Positions 20,975 to 31,518 are shown, numbered from the stretch's first letter. The stretch is 64,000 bases of DNA from Nitrospirota bacterium (GCA_963751455.1 CAVVUN010000006.1:128001-192000); one strand, 5' to 3'. The notes: generated from the letters alone by a model not told the origin. Translations and numbers: made by a program.

Positions 20975-21019
20975 ATTATAGCCAAGGCTTGCGAAGCAGA
21001 GTACTACCCGAATAGGTAG
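20975..21019 (-). promoter_or_regulatory. Regulon box 2 and -10 (TATAAT)
   Basis: ACTACCCGAATAGGTAG at 21003-21019; TATAAT at 20975-20980 (minus), 22-bp spacing. Confidence 0.65.
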
Positions 21020-21312
21020 GGTCGAATGATGGCGTATATCTCTGGCCATCAACCAATAAAATCAGGAATTTAAGGGAAGACATCACGGGGGGGGCAATGG
21101 CCAGCTGGTCGTGATCAGAGTGGTCAAGCGGATCAAGGAAATTAAGGAAAGAACCACCGAGGTATTGTTTGAGTTTTCCGGAGTTGAAACGCCGCACAAC
21201 CGGCTACCGGATTGGACTGCCAGAAGAATTTCAGCTTTTCGGACTGCTCGATTGTTTTTAAACCGATTAATGATCTGTTGCTTCTTCATGCTTTAAGAAT
21301 CTACGAGCACAA

Positions 21313-21633
21313 TCAAGCAAAACGCACGGAAAGTTGGCCGGTCTTTCTAGATCGAGATGCAGTCTTAACCACGATTTGGACATCGCGCCCAAGCAGTGTT
21401 AAGCACTCAAGCATTTTAGTTTCCGAAATGCCCCGAAACCGGCCACGAAGCATGTTAGAGAGCTTAGGCTGTGGCATTCCAAGCAGGGATGATGCCTGAG
21501 TTTGTGTCAGCTTTCTCAGTTTAATAATTTCTCCGATCTTCGTGGCAAGTTGTGCTTTGACCAACATCTCTTCTGCATCGGCCATGCCGAGATCTGCATA
21601 TATGTTCATACTGCCTTTTTCTATTTTATTCAT
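21313..21633 (-). CDS. higA: XRE/HTH_37 antitoxin (HigA-like)
   Basis: GS.N.YADLG..DA.EML.KAQL; LTQ.QA..LLG..QP..S. Confidence 0.85.
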   Translation of the reverse strand: MNKIEKGSMNIYADLGMADAEEMLVKAQLATKIGEIIKLRKLTQTQASSLLGMPQPKLSNMLRGRFRGISETKMLECLTLLGRDVQIVVKTASRSRKTGQLSVRFA

Positions 21634-21979
21634 TCCTTACTCCTTCTGAATGCTCGCAGGCTGATTTCAGCCGCGCTTCGATCAAGTCCTTATCCTGTTT
21701 TGAGGTTTCAATACCTTTTCTTGATTTCTTCTGAAAACAATGCAGCACATACACTGCGTTCCTGAATTTAACGGTGTAAACCGCTCTGTACGTGCTTCCG
21801 TCGTCATCCTCGACGACTTCAAGTACTCCCGCAGATCCGAAACCCCTAAGCGGCTTGGCTCGCGGGTGTTTGTGGCCGCCTTGCGCTAAATGAAGCGCAT
21901 AGCCGAAAACATCCAGAACCTCTTCCGGCATTTCCTTAAGATCTTTTTTCGACGATCCAACCCAGAATAAGGGCTTCAA
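21626..21979 (-). CDS. higB: RelE/Gp49-family toxin (HigB-like)
   Basis: W.GSSK.DL..., G.G.LE...D.DG.TYRAVY..., VYVLH.FQKKS. Confidence 0.88.
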   Translation of the reverse strand: MKPLFWVGSSKKDLKEMPEEVLDVFGYALHLAQGGHKHPRAKPLRGFGSAGVLEVVEDDDGSTYRAVYTVKFRNAVYVLHCFQKKSRKGIETSKQDKDLIEARLKSACEHSEGVRNE

Positions 21980-22001
21980 TAAATGACCTCACTGACGATA
22001 T

Positions 22002-22021
22002 TATACCTAAATGGGTATATA
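22002..22021. promoter_or_regulatory. Palindromic operator over the TA promoter
   Basis: TATACCTAAATGGGTATA between TTGCAT and TATAAT on the minus strand. Confidence 0.55.
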
Positions 22022-22523
22022 AATGCAAGGGCTGCTTCTTGGAACAATTTTATTAAGAGCCGGTTGGATGCGCTACTCTCTATTTGAAGTCCGTTTAAAC
22101 CCCTTTTTGGAAAAAATGCGACCTTATATTATTCCCTTTCACATTAAAAATGATATTTCAAGACCCCACGCCATTTGGTTCGTGGAGTGAAGAAGTAACG
22201 GCCTGCAGATCTAATTTCTCTAGTCCATTTCGGACACAACCCCTCAAATGTTATCTTGCTATTTTTCAAGAATCGAGAAGTGACCCGAAGTAGTTTTCGT
22301 CGTTTCAAGACGATTTTACGGCGCTTTTCGTTGGTTCTAAGAAGGTTTATTGTGAAAAACGGGCGAAAAAAGAGGAAGAGATAAAAAGCAGTAAGGAAAT
22401 GAAGATTTCACCTACAACTAAACAGATTTCGTAGAAGTGAAACTTTAACAATTACTACTTGAAAGTTGGTATTTGCCAGAATCGGGAAGTAAGTCTCTGA
22501 GCCTAAAAGTTACAACGTCAGTA

Positions 22524-23714
22524 TTACTGATAATTAATTGGACGAAGCTCATAGCCGGCGCTTTTCAGGGATGGTCTTCGTAGCGGAAGCACTCTCGGCG
22601 ACTTGCTGCTTGCCCGAAAAACAACATAAATATGATAATTGACCAGGCTTTCGGATTTATCCAGCCCATTTGACGAAATGTAAAAACCTCCACTCAAATT
22701 GCCAGCGCTTGTTGATTTCACTTCAATCGGTCGCTCACTTCCATCTTCATCGAACGAGAGAATGTCATAACCGGAACCGGCGTTTCTCTGTGACTCGTGA
22801 ACGATCCTTCTCGCAAGCTCTCTTTTTCCTGCGTCAATAAGCCTCCTTTTCTCAAGTTCGAGGACGATAGCTTCTCCGCGATCACCTATTCGCCTCAACT
22901 GCCTCTGACGCCTTTCGAAATCAGCAGGACCCGATGCACCTCGTCCAGAATTTGTTCGTGGCATGGGCGGCATTTCATCGATAAAGGCCGCTCCCTCCAT
23001 TGCATCGCTGAGAATCGGATAAGAACCTGTCGAAGTAGCGACTGCAGCAGAATCAGATGGATAACCGAAGACATCATAAAGAAATCGCATATATAAATAA
23101 ATCGGTTGAGACTTTAATTCCGGCCAAGACGCCCGGTACTCCATCAGAGCTTTCTGCATCGCGACTTCAGAATCAAAGGTTTCCCGGAAGGTTAAGTTCA
23201 GAAACAAAATGCTGAAGATGACGTTTTGAGTAAATAGGTGCGAATTTATGAGAATAGTATAAGAAAAGAAGCTTCCCTTTGAACATGGGGATATCTTGTT
23301 TTCCTTGATTGCGGCCATGTCATCTATACTCGCCGCATTGAGGAGCTGAACAAGAGCAGTCTTTATGTTTTCAAAGGCGTTGGTATAATTGTCGCCCCAA
23401 TGTGCGGCATGGCGATATCTTTCTCTGCGGTCGCTCTTCGTCTTTCCATAATAGACGCCGAACTTCGCAGCCGTCGCGCCCAGAATACGGCCGCATTTAT
23501 CTAACTCACGCTCTAATCTGTAGCAAAACGATTTGTTGTCGCGTCCCTTTCCAATTACAAAGTCGTCAATCTGCATCTGGGCTATCTTGCGCGGTGAATA
23601 ATCGGAAACAAACCGCCGGTGGTTCTTCTCAGTTTCTTTCCATTCTTCGCGGTCTCGTTCAGCAAGAATCGGCACCCGCAAGGCGATCTGTTCTGCCATT
23701 TCAATGCGATTCAT
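22524..23714 (-). CDS. DUF3883 (PD-D/ExK nuclease-like) domain protein
   Basis: IG..GE..V...E...L, GYDI.S.D.DG..R.IEVKS; internal segment looks like a compensated frameshift. Confidence 0.8.
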   Translation of the reverse strand: MNRIEMAEQIALRVPILAERDREEWKETEKNHRRFVSDYSPRKIAQMQIDDFVIGKGRDNKSFCYRLERELDKCGRILGATAAKFGVYYGKTKSDRRERYRHAAHWGDNYTNAFENIKTALVQLLNAASIDDMAAIKENKISPCSKGSFFSYTILINSHLFTQNVIFSILFLNLTFRETFDSEVAMQKALMEYRASWPELKSQPIYLYMRFLYDVFGYPSDSAAVATSTGSYPILSDAMEGAAFIDEMPPMPRTNSGRGASGPADFERRQRQLRRIGDRGEAIVLELEKRRLIDAGKRELARRIVHESQRNAGSGYDILSFDEDGSERPIEVKSTSAGNLSGGFYISSNGLDKSESLVNYHIYVVFRASSKSPRVLPLRRPSLKSAGYELRPINYQ

Positions 23715-23756
23715 AATTTACCCTTTTGCTCTGGGGAATCGCCCGCTTCTTACGGC

Positions 23757-26717
23757 TTATTCAACATGTATCCCGACTAACGCCGTCGTTACACGCGCCC
23801 GTTTCTGGCGGTCCGGAATCCACTCCAATATTACGCTTTTCATCGTTTCATCAAATCGCGCCTGAAGTCTGTTGATATCAAGACTCGTCAAAGATAGCGG
23901 TTTGGCGACGCCCGCGGTCTTTGTCCACTCTATTCGATCGCAGACCTCGATGTTCCCCTCCACCCCCTGTCCCCCGCCGGCGGGGGATAGGGGGTGGAGG
24001 CCCCGCAGAGTGAGCACACGTGCAGATGCATGTCCTGGCTTATCTTCATATCGGACAAGATACCGAGCGTAGACCACCCCTTCACCGCCGACCTGTGAGA
24101 CCTCGCCTGTAAAGCCCGGTTCAGACACTTCTTTCAGAAGAGCATCGACTAATGGATGTCCGATGCCGCCCAACTCACTGCCGCGTTTTCTGAGAGACAA
24201 CGCTCGATCAAAACATACATTTTCGTACCGCGGCGCCAGATGGTAGCGACGCTGCAGCGCTTCCGGTACATGGAATGTCCAGAGCTCGCCGTCCGGCATT
24301 GCAGCACCGCCGAGACGAAGGATGGTGCTGCGTACCCACTGGCCAAGCTCATCCAGGGTATGCCTGCCTTCGATGCGGCGGTAGTTTTCAAGGTTGAACT
24401 GCGTCAGATCCTGAGAAAGCGCGCTGAGTGCTTCCCGAGCCCGGTTCGCCTCCTGGATCATTTCAACCATGTCCTTCTCTGTCCTGCGGTAATCCCGGTC
24501 AACCAGAGCGCGTTTGTACAATTCCTGATAATCCGGACGGCTTCCCAACAGGCCGAGAATCTCGCTCTGGAAATCTTCCCGTACCTGCCCCTGTTCATCC
24601 ACCTTGCCGATGGACTCCGCAATCTCGGTTAATTTGAATTGAAGCATATCATAAATACGTTCTTCTACTGTATCGTCGGCAAAAAGGTTGTATACCTGCA
24701 CTGTCTCAAGCTGGCCGTACCGATGAATGCGGCCGATGCGCTGCTCTACTGCCATCGGGTTCCACGGCAGGTCGTAATTGAACAATATTCTTCCGATCTG
24801 CAGGTTGATTCCTTCGCCGCCCGCTGACGTGCAGATCAGGAAGCGCGCACCGTTCTCCTTCCAAAAAGACTCCATCGCTGCGATCTTGTCTTCAAGCGGT
24901 CCGCCTTTAATATTCGCGATGTACCCATGACCAAAAATGCGGCCCAACTCCTCCGAAAGAAATTCAAGGGTATCCCGATACTGCGTAAAGATCACAAATC
25001 GTTCAGCCGGATTGTCCCGCGATAGATCACTTATGGCGCGAACCAGCGTTTCAAAGCGGCGGTCGGTGCCATCCGGCACATGACTGATAAGATCGCGCAC
25101 TTTCCGTATCTCATCCGGTATATCCGTCTCAGCAAATACCCCCTCCTCGCCCTCTTCATCGCCGTCAAGCGACCAGTCCGTCGTTTCAGCTTGCTCCTCA
25201 CGCTTTTGCAAACGCCGCCTGACGCGGCCAACATAGGCCTCGGCAGCCATTCTAATATCTGTATCCGTTTCTATTTCAGTCATTCCGGCTTGTCCGGAAT
25301 CATTCCCCGCACTTGCCGGATGGATTCCCGACGCGTTACGCTTGCGGGAATGACGAAATTGTTCGCCGAGCGTGTTTCCCTCGCCGAGGATCGCCCTGGC
25401 CACTGCCAGCATCTCATCCTGGATGCGCATGATCTCTTCTGCAAAGGATGCAGCTTTCGCGGGTGTCTGCGTGCTGCGTCGCCGGGTTTCCAATTCAAGC
25501 TGTTTACGCACGAGCAAGACCAAGAGCCGCCGCCGCAGCGCCTGGCGAATAGCTCGCGGGCTGGATGACATGATCTTCTGAAAGGTAGCCATTACAAAGC
25601 CGATCGCACGCTGCTCGTTGGTAGTTCGCTTCTGGCCGATTCCTGCCGCATTGTACCCTTCACGAAGGTACTCGCTTAACTGATCATAGAAATGCCGTTC
25701 CCGAGGGGCAAGCGAGAAACGTTCAGTGTGGACCTGACGCCGCCGGAAGATAGGCCCGCCGGAGGAATCTGTCACCTCGCGCTTGGTGCGCCGGATCATG
25801 ACGCGATTCAAGAGACCCATGCGGTTATTGACCGCTTCCGGGTCCGCAAAGAGCTGATCATCAAGGATCTGGATCAAGGACCAGAACTGAAACGCATTGC
25901 CTTGATGTGGTGTTGCGGACAAAAAGATAAGATCGCGAGCGTGGTTTCGCAAGGCCTCGGCAAGCTTGTAATTCTGCGTCGTCACCGTCTTCTTGCCGCT
26001 CTTTGTCCGCGATACATGGTGGGCTTCGTCGATGATCACCAGGTCCCAAGGCGCAGCTGCCAGCATCCTCTGCATGCGGCGCGGCACTTTAAGCGTGTCA
26101 ATCGAGACAATGACCTGATGGTGTCGCTCCCAGGCAGCAGAGCCATGGTCCTGAAAATCCCGGCCCAGGATATCAAAATGCAGCCGGAAACAGCTATCGA
26201 GTTCCCTGCGCCAGTTCTCGAGCAGCCCTGCGGGGGTCACGATAAGAATGCGCTCTACGTCTTTGCGCGCTATCAACTCGCGGATCAGCATCCCCGTTTC
26301 AATGGTCTTTCCCAGGCCGACCTCATCAGCAATTAGCACTCGGCGGGGTGACTGATTGACGAGATCATGGACCATGAGGATCTGATGCGGAAGCAAATCC
26401 ACGCGGCTTGCGGAAAGTTCGCCGCCCGTATTCGCGTAGCTCATATCAAGAGCCATCTGCTTGATGCGATAATCATGCGGATCGTCGAACTGCCGCGTTG
26501 CAAGCCTCTCCCAGAGGTCCGCTGCCTTCTCCAGCCATTCTATCGGCAGGTTCTCGACCCGCTCGCCTTCTGCGGTCTTGAAGAGCACCTTGGCCTGATA
26601 AACACCAAACTCCTCTGAAACGCGCAGTACCTCTCCGACGCCTAATTCCGGCCGGTCCTTCACGCGAACTTTGTCGTCGCGATTGATCGCTATATATGTT
26701 GTACTCGTCTCACTCAT
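23757..26717 (-). CDS. SNF2/HepA-family helicase (defence-associated)
   Basis: LPHQ, LIADEVGLGKTIE, IIDEAHH, LSATPHQ, GGEGINLQ, YDLPWNP..EQRIGRIHR. Confidence 0.93.
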   Translation of the reverse strand: MSETSTTYIAINRDDKVRVKDRPELGVGEVLRVSEEFGVYQAKVLFKTAEGERVENLPIEWLEKAADLWERLATRQFDDPHDYRIKQMALDMSYANTGGELSASRVDLLPHQILMVHDLVNQSPRRVLIADEVGLGKTIETGMLIRELIARKDVERILIVTPAGLLENWRRELDSCFRLHFDILGRDFQDHGSAAWERHHQVIVSIDTLKVPRRMQRMLAAAPWDLVIIDEAHHVSRTKSGKKTVTTQNYKLAEALRNHARDLIFLSATPHQGNAFQFWSLIQILDDQLFADPEAVNNRMGLLNRVMIRRTKREVTDSSGGPIFRRRQVHTERFSLAPRERHFYDQLSEYLREGYNAAGIGQKRTTNEQRAIGFVMATFQKIMSSSPRAIRQALRRRLLVLLVRKQLELETRRRSTQTPAKAASFAEEIMRIQDEMLAVARAILGEGNTLGEQFRHSRKRNASGIHPASAGNDSGQAGMTEIETDTDIRMAAEAYVGRVRRRLQKREEQAETTDWSLDGDEEGEEGVFAETDIPDEIRKVRDLISHVPDGTDRRFETLVRAISDLSRDNPAERFVIFTQYRDTLEFLSEELGRIFGHGYIANIKGGPLEDKIAAMESFWKENGARFLICTSAGGEGINLQIGRILFNYDLPWNPMAVEQRIGRIHRYGQLETVQVYNLFADDTVEERIYDMLQFKLTEIAESIGKVDEQGQVREDFQSEILGLLGSRPDYQELYKRALVDRDYRRTEKDMVEMIQEANRAREALSALSQDLTQFNLENYRRIEGRHTLDELGQWVRSTILRLGGAAMPDGELWTFHVPEALQRRYHLAPRYENVCFDRALSLRKRGSELGGIGHPLVDALLKEVSEPGFTGEVSQVGGEGVVYARYLVRYEDKPGHASARVLTLRGLHPLSPAGGGQGVEGNIEVCDRIEWTKTAGVAKPLSLTSLDINRLQARFDETMKSVILEWIPDRQKRARVTTALVGIHVE

Positions 26718-27170
26718 CAATAGTACTCCAATTCCTATTGTCCCCCGCTGGCGGGGGTAGGGGGTGGACTGGCGCAGGGGGGGTGGACGCCTCTATATCT
26801 TCAATAACTTCCTCAATCCTTCTCGCCACACCCTGTATATTCTTCAGAACATCATCATCCGTAAATCGCAGGACTCTCATCCCAATCGCAGCAAGATCAC
26901 GGTCTTTTTTATCATCCTTAACAACCGTTTCCTCAAAGCCGTGTGTATATCCGTCAACTTCAATAACCAGTCGAAGCTCGCGGCACATAAAATCCGCTAT
27001 GTAATTGAGAACCGGGCGCTGTCTCCTGAATTGATACCCCTTCATCGTTCTTGCTCTCAATACATACTTCCACAACGCAGCTCTGCTTTGGTCATTTCCT
27101 TTCGCAGTTTGTTGGCGAAGGGCTGGAGGTTTTTGTTATAAGCGTAGTTGTTAGTGTTATCGGCTTGCAT
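26710..27170 (-). CDS. DUF559 (Vsr-like endonuclease) protein, frameshifted near 27075
   Basis: YN.NL...A..LR.EMT.AE; FRRQ.P...YI.DF.C....LVIEVDG..H; flanked by CCCCCGC..GCGGGG repeats. Confidence 0.85.
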
Positions 27171-27299
27171 AGGATTCCACCCCCTACCCCCGCCAGCGGG
27201 GGACAGGAATAGGCACGCCCGTTCGGCTGAGTGGCTTTGCCCTGTTTCTCGAACTTTCACCGCTGCTCAAATCCAATACGTTGCCATACTGCATTATTG

Positions 27300-27635
27300 T
27301 CATTTGTTTATTGCCTTCTCAAGCTCTATTTTCCTAAGCTGAAGCGCATTCAGTTTCTTCTTGATATCAGACATTTCTTTTATTATTTTCCTCAACTCCG
27401 CTTCGCCCTTTATTTTTGCCAGGTATTTTGCACCAAGCTCCTTGGCTATGTACTTTTCCAACTGGTTTCGGAGGACTCTGAGAAAGGGATTTCCGTATAC
27501 AGCTCCTTCTCGGCACTCTAATTTTCCCGCTTTTATGCCTTTGACAATGAAAGCGTAGTCCACCCCGTATTCAGCTTTTGCCGTCGCGTCGCTGAGCGTC
27601 GCGCCTTTTTGAGTCCATTCTCCGTATTCAGCCAT
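27300..27635 (-). CDS. Hypothetical protein
   Basis: W..KGATLS..TA..EYG.....G.LE.RE...YGNP.LR conserved-looking pattern; GGAGG RBS. Confidence 0.7.
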   Translation of the reverse strand: MAEYGEWTQKGATLSDATAKAEYGVDYAFIVKGIKAGKLECREGAVYGNPFLRVLRNQLEKYIAKELGAKYLAKIKGEAELRKIIKEMSDIKKKLNALQLRKIELEKAINK

Positions 27636-27645
27636 GCATGCCTCC

Positions 27646-27950
27646 TTATGATGAGCGTGGTCTTTTCACCATTTCCATGATCGTCCTCGCCGCTTCATCC
27701 AAATCCATATCATAGATTTTCAGTGCCTCGTCTTTGTCTATGGAAATATCAAAAGCCTCCTCGATATCGCAGAGAGGCCGCGTCTCCGTGAGGACATCCG
27801 GAAGCCTGCTGGTTGACCACATGCAACACATCTGTTTTGAATCAGGATTGGCCCTGTACTTGCGGCGGTGCTTATTGTAGATCGCGAGCAAGACCCGGTA
27901 TGCGGCATCGACGGAAGCGGGCGCGTTGTCAGAAGGTTTGCGCGGCAAGT
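27646..27950 (-). CDS. Hypothetical protein (start uncertain)
   Basis: C-terminal half of ORF 27646..28206: QMCCMWST..LPDVL..T.PL.DIE.AFDI. Confidence 0.5.
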
Positions 27951-28051
27951 TTGTATCTCCTCTCAAGTTGTTGGTGAGAAACAAGGTTACCCAAAGCGTA
28001 CAATTGAATCGAACACAGTGACCCTTCGGCGCTTTAAGAGAATTGCTTCCG

Positions 28052-28915
28052 CTATCTGCGGTTCCTCCGTCTTGACGCCTTTGCCTGTTTATGTCTGCTT
28101 CGGTTCTTCTTATTTTTTTTTCCTTGCGGGCTAAACGGCGACGGCTGCGGTTGCGAAACCACGCGCTCCTGCTCGTGAAATGAGGCAAACCATGAAATAT
28201 AGCCATGCACGTCCTCAGGCAGCCTCCATTCCCGAAGCTTTTCCAGCCTGGTCATGGCGGCGTCATATCCCTTGGCCATGACCTCATCCACTTCCCGGAG
28301 GGAGACCTCCCCTTCGAACACAAGCCCCTTGGCGAACAAGGAGCGAACCTCGGAAAGCAATTCGCCCGGATAGATATCCAGCAGATCCACCACGAGTGAG
28401 GCCCAGAAATAATCTCCGGGCTCGGCCAGGGTCTCATCGAACAGGGAAGCAAACAACTTGAGGCCTTTTTCTCGGGGCAGTTCTCCACAGGCAATTCCCA
28501 GCTTGACAGCCTCCAGGGCGGCGGTCCTCAGGTAGTCGTACGCGTCTCTGTCTCGCGCAATATCCATGATCGCAGAATAATCACCGCAGGCGGTGCGGCA
28601 AAGAAGAGCCGGGAGGGTTTCGGTGAGCATGTCGCCCCAGATGGAGTCGAGCTGTTCATCGGGTATCCTAAACGCCCTGATTACCGGAAGATGCGCCCTT
28701 TTTTCACGAAAATGCGCCAGGAGTGCAACCGCATACGTTTCGGCATGATGCTCTTCGGCGGCATACCGCGCCGGATCAATGGCAATACGATCAAGAATTT
28801 CGATAAGAAGCGGCGTTATTTCCTCCCTGAGGGTAAGGGCCTCCTCCACCTCAGCCAGACGGTATCGACCGATGAAAACATCAAATGCTTCTACAAGTTC
28901 GCTCGCTCTTGACAC
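28052..28915 (-). CDS. DUF1186 domain protein
   Basis: YA..LLA.FRE.RA; GD.LTE.LP; basic K/R-rich tail. Confidence 0.75.
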   Translation of the reverse strand: MSRASELVEAFDVFIGRYRLAEVEEALTLREEITPLLIEILDRIAIDPARYAAEEHHAETYAVALLAHFREKRAHLPVIRAFRIPDEQLDSIWGDMLTETLPALLCRTACGDYSAIMDIARDRDAYDYLRTAALEAVKLGIACGELPREKGLKLFASLFDETLAEPGDYFWASLVVDLLDIYPGELLSEVRSLFAKGLVFEGEVSLREVDEVMAKGYDAAMTRLEKLREWRLPEDVHGYISWFASFHEQERVVSQPQPSPFSPQGKKNKKNRSRHKQAKASRRRNRR

Positions 28916-28943
28916 GATGCCTCCTCTTCAAGATCAGTCACTT

Positions 28944-29129
28944 TCAAAACTCATATCCCATTGCCACCCAGTAACGCCAGTCCTCGATAGCCTCTTGGGT
29001 TTCCTTGGTCGCCTTGATGCCCTGCAACTGCGAAAGCGGCACGCCGAATTTCCGTTTCTCCCATCGGATCGTCACATACAGGGTCGGTCTCGCATTCGCC
29101 ATAATGTAGACGACAAAGAGTTTTTCCAT
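28944..29129 (-). pseudogene. Chimeric remnant: GIY-YIG N-terminus joined to a CcbP-like C-terminus
   Basis: F.VYIMAN.RPTLY joined to VPL.QL......T..AI.DW.YW...GY.F. Confidence 0.5.
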
Positions 29130-29440
29130 TTGTCAGCCACGCCAACAGAATGATTCCGGACAAGCCGGAATGACAAACAAGGAACGACTTCGGGACGTTG
29201 ATATTTTTAGTGTTCTCCGCTTTTCCCCGCCCCGGCAATCGATACTGCATTCCAGAGAGGCGAAATAGGATCACCGCAAATTTCGCCGGCGCCCCGGCTG
29301 CTCCTTAAAAGAAAAGCCGGCCAAAATGAATTTCTTCACTTCCGACCGGCTTCGCGCTGTCAATCACGATGAAGAGGCATCACGGGGAAGCCAATTGCGC
29401 ATACAGCTGCGCCGCTAAAACTAACCGCGTGCTCGTTCGC

Positions 29441-29626
29441 TCAGGCTACCTTGTGTTTTGTTTCCCTTGGTTTCACGCGCTTCAAATCCAATTTCCGGTC
29501 ACTCAAATATTTTCCGGCCTCTTCCCGTATTTTTTCCACGCGTTGTTCCGTGGACAAACCTTTTTCTTCCTCGGAGATCTTTTCCATGATCTCATGAATT
29601 TCCTCAAGAGCCTTGTATTTTTTCAT
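29441..29626 (-). CDS. Small protein downstream of the PIN toxin (putative antitoxin)
   Basis: 61 aa, EIH.I.EKI.EE; GGAGG RBS. Confidence 0.55.
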   Translation of the reverse strand: MKKYKALEEIHEIMEKISEEEKGLSTEQRVEKIREEAGKYLSDRKLDLKRVKPRETKHKVA

Positions 29627-29630
29627 TCCC

Positions 29631-30113
29631 TTATACCTCCTCAGGGGAACATATCTCGATGTTGTTATATCCGAGAAGTTTGTTTACGCCGTTGACCATC
29701 GTTCGCGTTTTGAGTTTCACGATATGCTCGAAGTTCCAGCTTATGATTACCTCTATTTCGTTTACTACGGCTATGGCGATGTGAAGCGCGTCGCCCCGAT
29801 ACCGCTCAGGAATAATCCCCTCACGAAGGTATCGTTCCGCCAGTTCCTCCGCTTCATTGTCTATCTCAAGGAGCAATGGGCTGACCCGCCTCAACAAGTC
29901 TTCCAGTAAAGATCTCCTGGGCTCAGGCGCCCTGCTGATTTCCCTGATCACTTCCTCGGAAATGAATACGTCATGACCGCTATTTGGAAGTTGCTCGAAG
30001 AATTTGACCGTTAGTTCTCTCTTCTCGGTTGCGTCATCCGCAAAGGCAAAATTGAACATGGTCGTGTCCAGATAATAGCGTATCCTTTTCAACCATACCT
30101 CCCGCCCGTCCAA
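29631..30113 (-). CDS. vapC: PIN domain toxin
   Basis: YLDT, S..V..EI, DA.HIA.A, SWNF.H. Confidence 0.85.
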   Translation of the reverse strand: MDGREVWLKRIRYYLDTTMFNFAFADDATEKRELTVKFFEQLPNSGHDVFISEEVIREISRAPEPRRSLLEDLLRRVSPLLLEIDNEAEELAERYLREGIIPERYRGDALHIAIAVVNEIEVIISWNFEHIVKLKTRTMVNGVNKLLGYNNIEICSPEEV

Positions 30114-30169
30114 TTCCGAACCGGTTCGGATAAACTGGAAATATCGCTCATAAACAGGACGTTATGATG

Positions 30170-30577
30170 TCAAAATAGCACAACAACCGGGTGAATGGCA
30201 AGGAGATTAAAATCTGGAATATTGGGGGAGCCGTGGCCCGGATTGCCTTTCCGTCTATGAGCGTCCCCGAAACATTGTATCGCAATCTGCGCGTCCGCCA
30301 TGGCATCAGGTGCTGTGTCCAGTGTTGCGACATAACTGTTCAGTGCGGCTTCCGACACCTTCTTGATGTTCTTCTTCTGTTCCAGCCCCCTGAACTTGAG
30401 ACACACGGCGGGCGCCATGTGGAACAGGTCCTTCTTCGTAAGCGTTACTCCTGCGGCGGGACCGAACGGGATCGCCTCTTCCGCGTCGAGATATGCGGCG
30501 GCGATTTCCTTCATCCATTCTGCCGGGGCCGAAGGGAGGGGCTTCGTATCCTTTTTCACACGGTTTTCCTTTATCAT
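30170..30577 (-). CDS. Hypothetical protein, probably truncated
   Basis: N-terminal ~100 aa look protein-like; the tail reads like out-of-frame sequence. Confidence 0.4.
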   Translation of the reverse strand: MIKENRVKKDTKPLPSAPAEWMKEIAAAYLDAEEAIPFGPAAGVTLTKKDLFHMAPAVCLKFRGLEQKKNIKKVSEAALNSYVATLDTAPDAMADAQIAIQCFGDAHRRKGNPGHGSPNIPDFNLLAIHPVVVLF

Positions 30578-30858
30578 GAATGCGACGAAGACTTCTCGGC
30601 GACGCCACGCATCGCAGCGGCTTCTATCTTCTCATACAACGTCTCCGGCGCGATATCCGCGCCGTTCGGCCATGCTATCGTTCCGCCTTCCACCGTCGCT
30701 TGTTTGAAAAAATTGATATCTCTGAGCGGTTCAAAAACCGGCCCTTTTCCGAGGTACTCGGAAAAATCCACTTTCCCCTTCAGCCCGTCATCGAAGACTA
30801 TCTCATATACATATCCGCTTTTGTAGACAATTTCCTTTACGTCGTTCATATTCCACAT
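30574..30858 (-). CDS. DUF2442 protein (TA partner)
   Basis: F.DG..G.VD....L..GPVF.PL.D...F....[16 protein letters not shown]. Confidence 0.9.
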   Translation of the reverse strand: MWNMNDVKEIVYKSGYVYEIVFDDGLKGKVDFSEYLGKGPVFEPLRDINFFKQATVEGGTIAWPNGADIAPETLYEKIEAAAMRGVAEKSSSHS

Positions 30859-30866
30859 AGTTCACC

Positions 30867-31127
30867 TCATGCTAACGGAGCTATTTTCTTGAGTTCCTTT
30901 CCTTCTCTTGCCAAATCCCAGTCTTCGAGCAAATCCCTCGCGTGCAAATCAACCCACTCCCTCACAAGCCTGGTCGCAGTGGGCGAATGCAAATCGCCTT
31001 TCACAATATTGCCGCGGAAATCGAAAACAGCTTTATTCCCTTGGTACTCTGCGTGAAAGTGGGGAGGATTATGCTCATTGAAATACATTCTGATTGCGAT
31101 GCCGAAAAAAACAGATATGATGGGCAT
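30867..31127 (-). CDS. DUF4160 protein (TA partner)
   Basis: MP.IS.FFGI.I.MY..EH.PPHFHA.Y; V.EW...H..L...W. Confidence 0.9.
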   Translation of the reverse strand: MPIISVFFGIAIRMYFNEHNPPHFHAEYQGNKAVFDFRGNIVKGDLHSPTATRLVREWVDLHARDLLEDWDLAREGKELKKIAPLA

Positions 31128-31149
31128 AATTGAGATTTCCTCTCTCTTA

Positions 31150-31453
31150 CAGTCGCAGGTCCGTAGAGGACATCCCGGTATCCGGCAATTTCCGCTTCAG
31201 TGCGGTTCGCAGGCGCGGTTTTTTCCTCCACGAGTTCCTCGATCCTTTTGATGTCGGCGGTGATTCCTTCAAGGCGGTTGGAGGATTCTGAGCTTTGAAT
31301 CATCGCCGCCCGCCTGAGGTTTTCGAGCATTTCAGGGGCCTGATTCCGGTAAAGATCCTGCTTGCCCCGGTATTCGCCGATCTGCCTGATGGCCGTAATA
31401 AGGCGATGCAGAATCGTCAAAGTCTCGATATAATTTTTCTCAAATGATTTCAT
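31150..31453 (-). pseudogene. Fic-family protein, N-terminal fragment
   Basis: I.EY.GKQ.L...Q.PE.L..L...A.IQS.ESSNR.EGI..R.E.EIAGYRDVL, truncated before the Fic motif. Confidence 0.75.
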
Positions 31454-31518
31454 GGCACTCGTTCTGCTGCACCTTCGATCGGGGGGGCAGAGGTAATTTT
31501 GGTTTACCGTCCTCCGTA

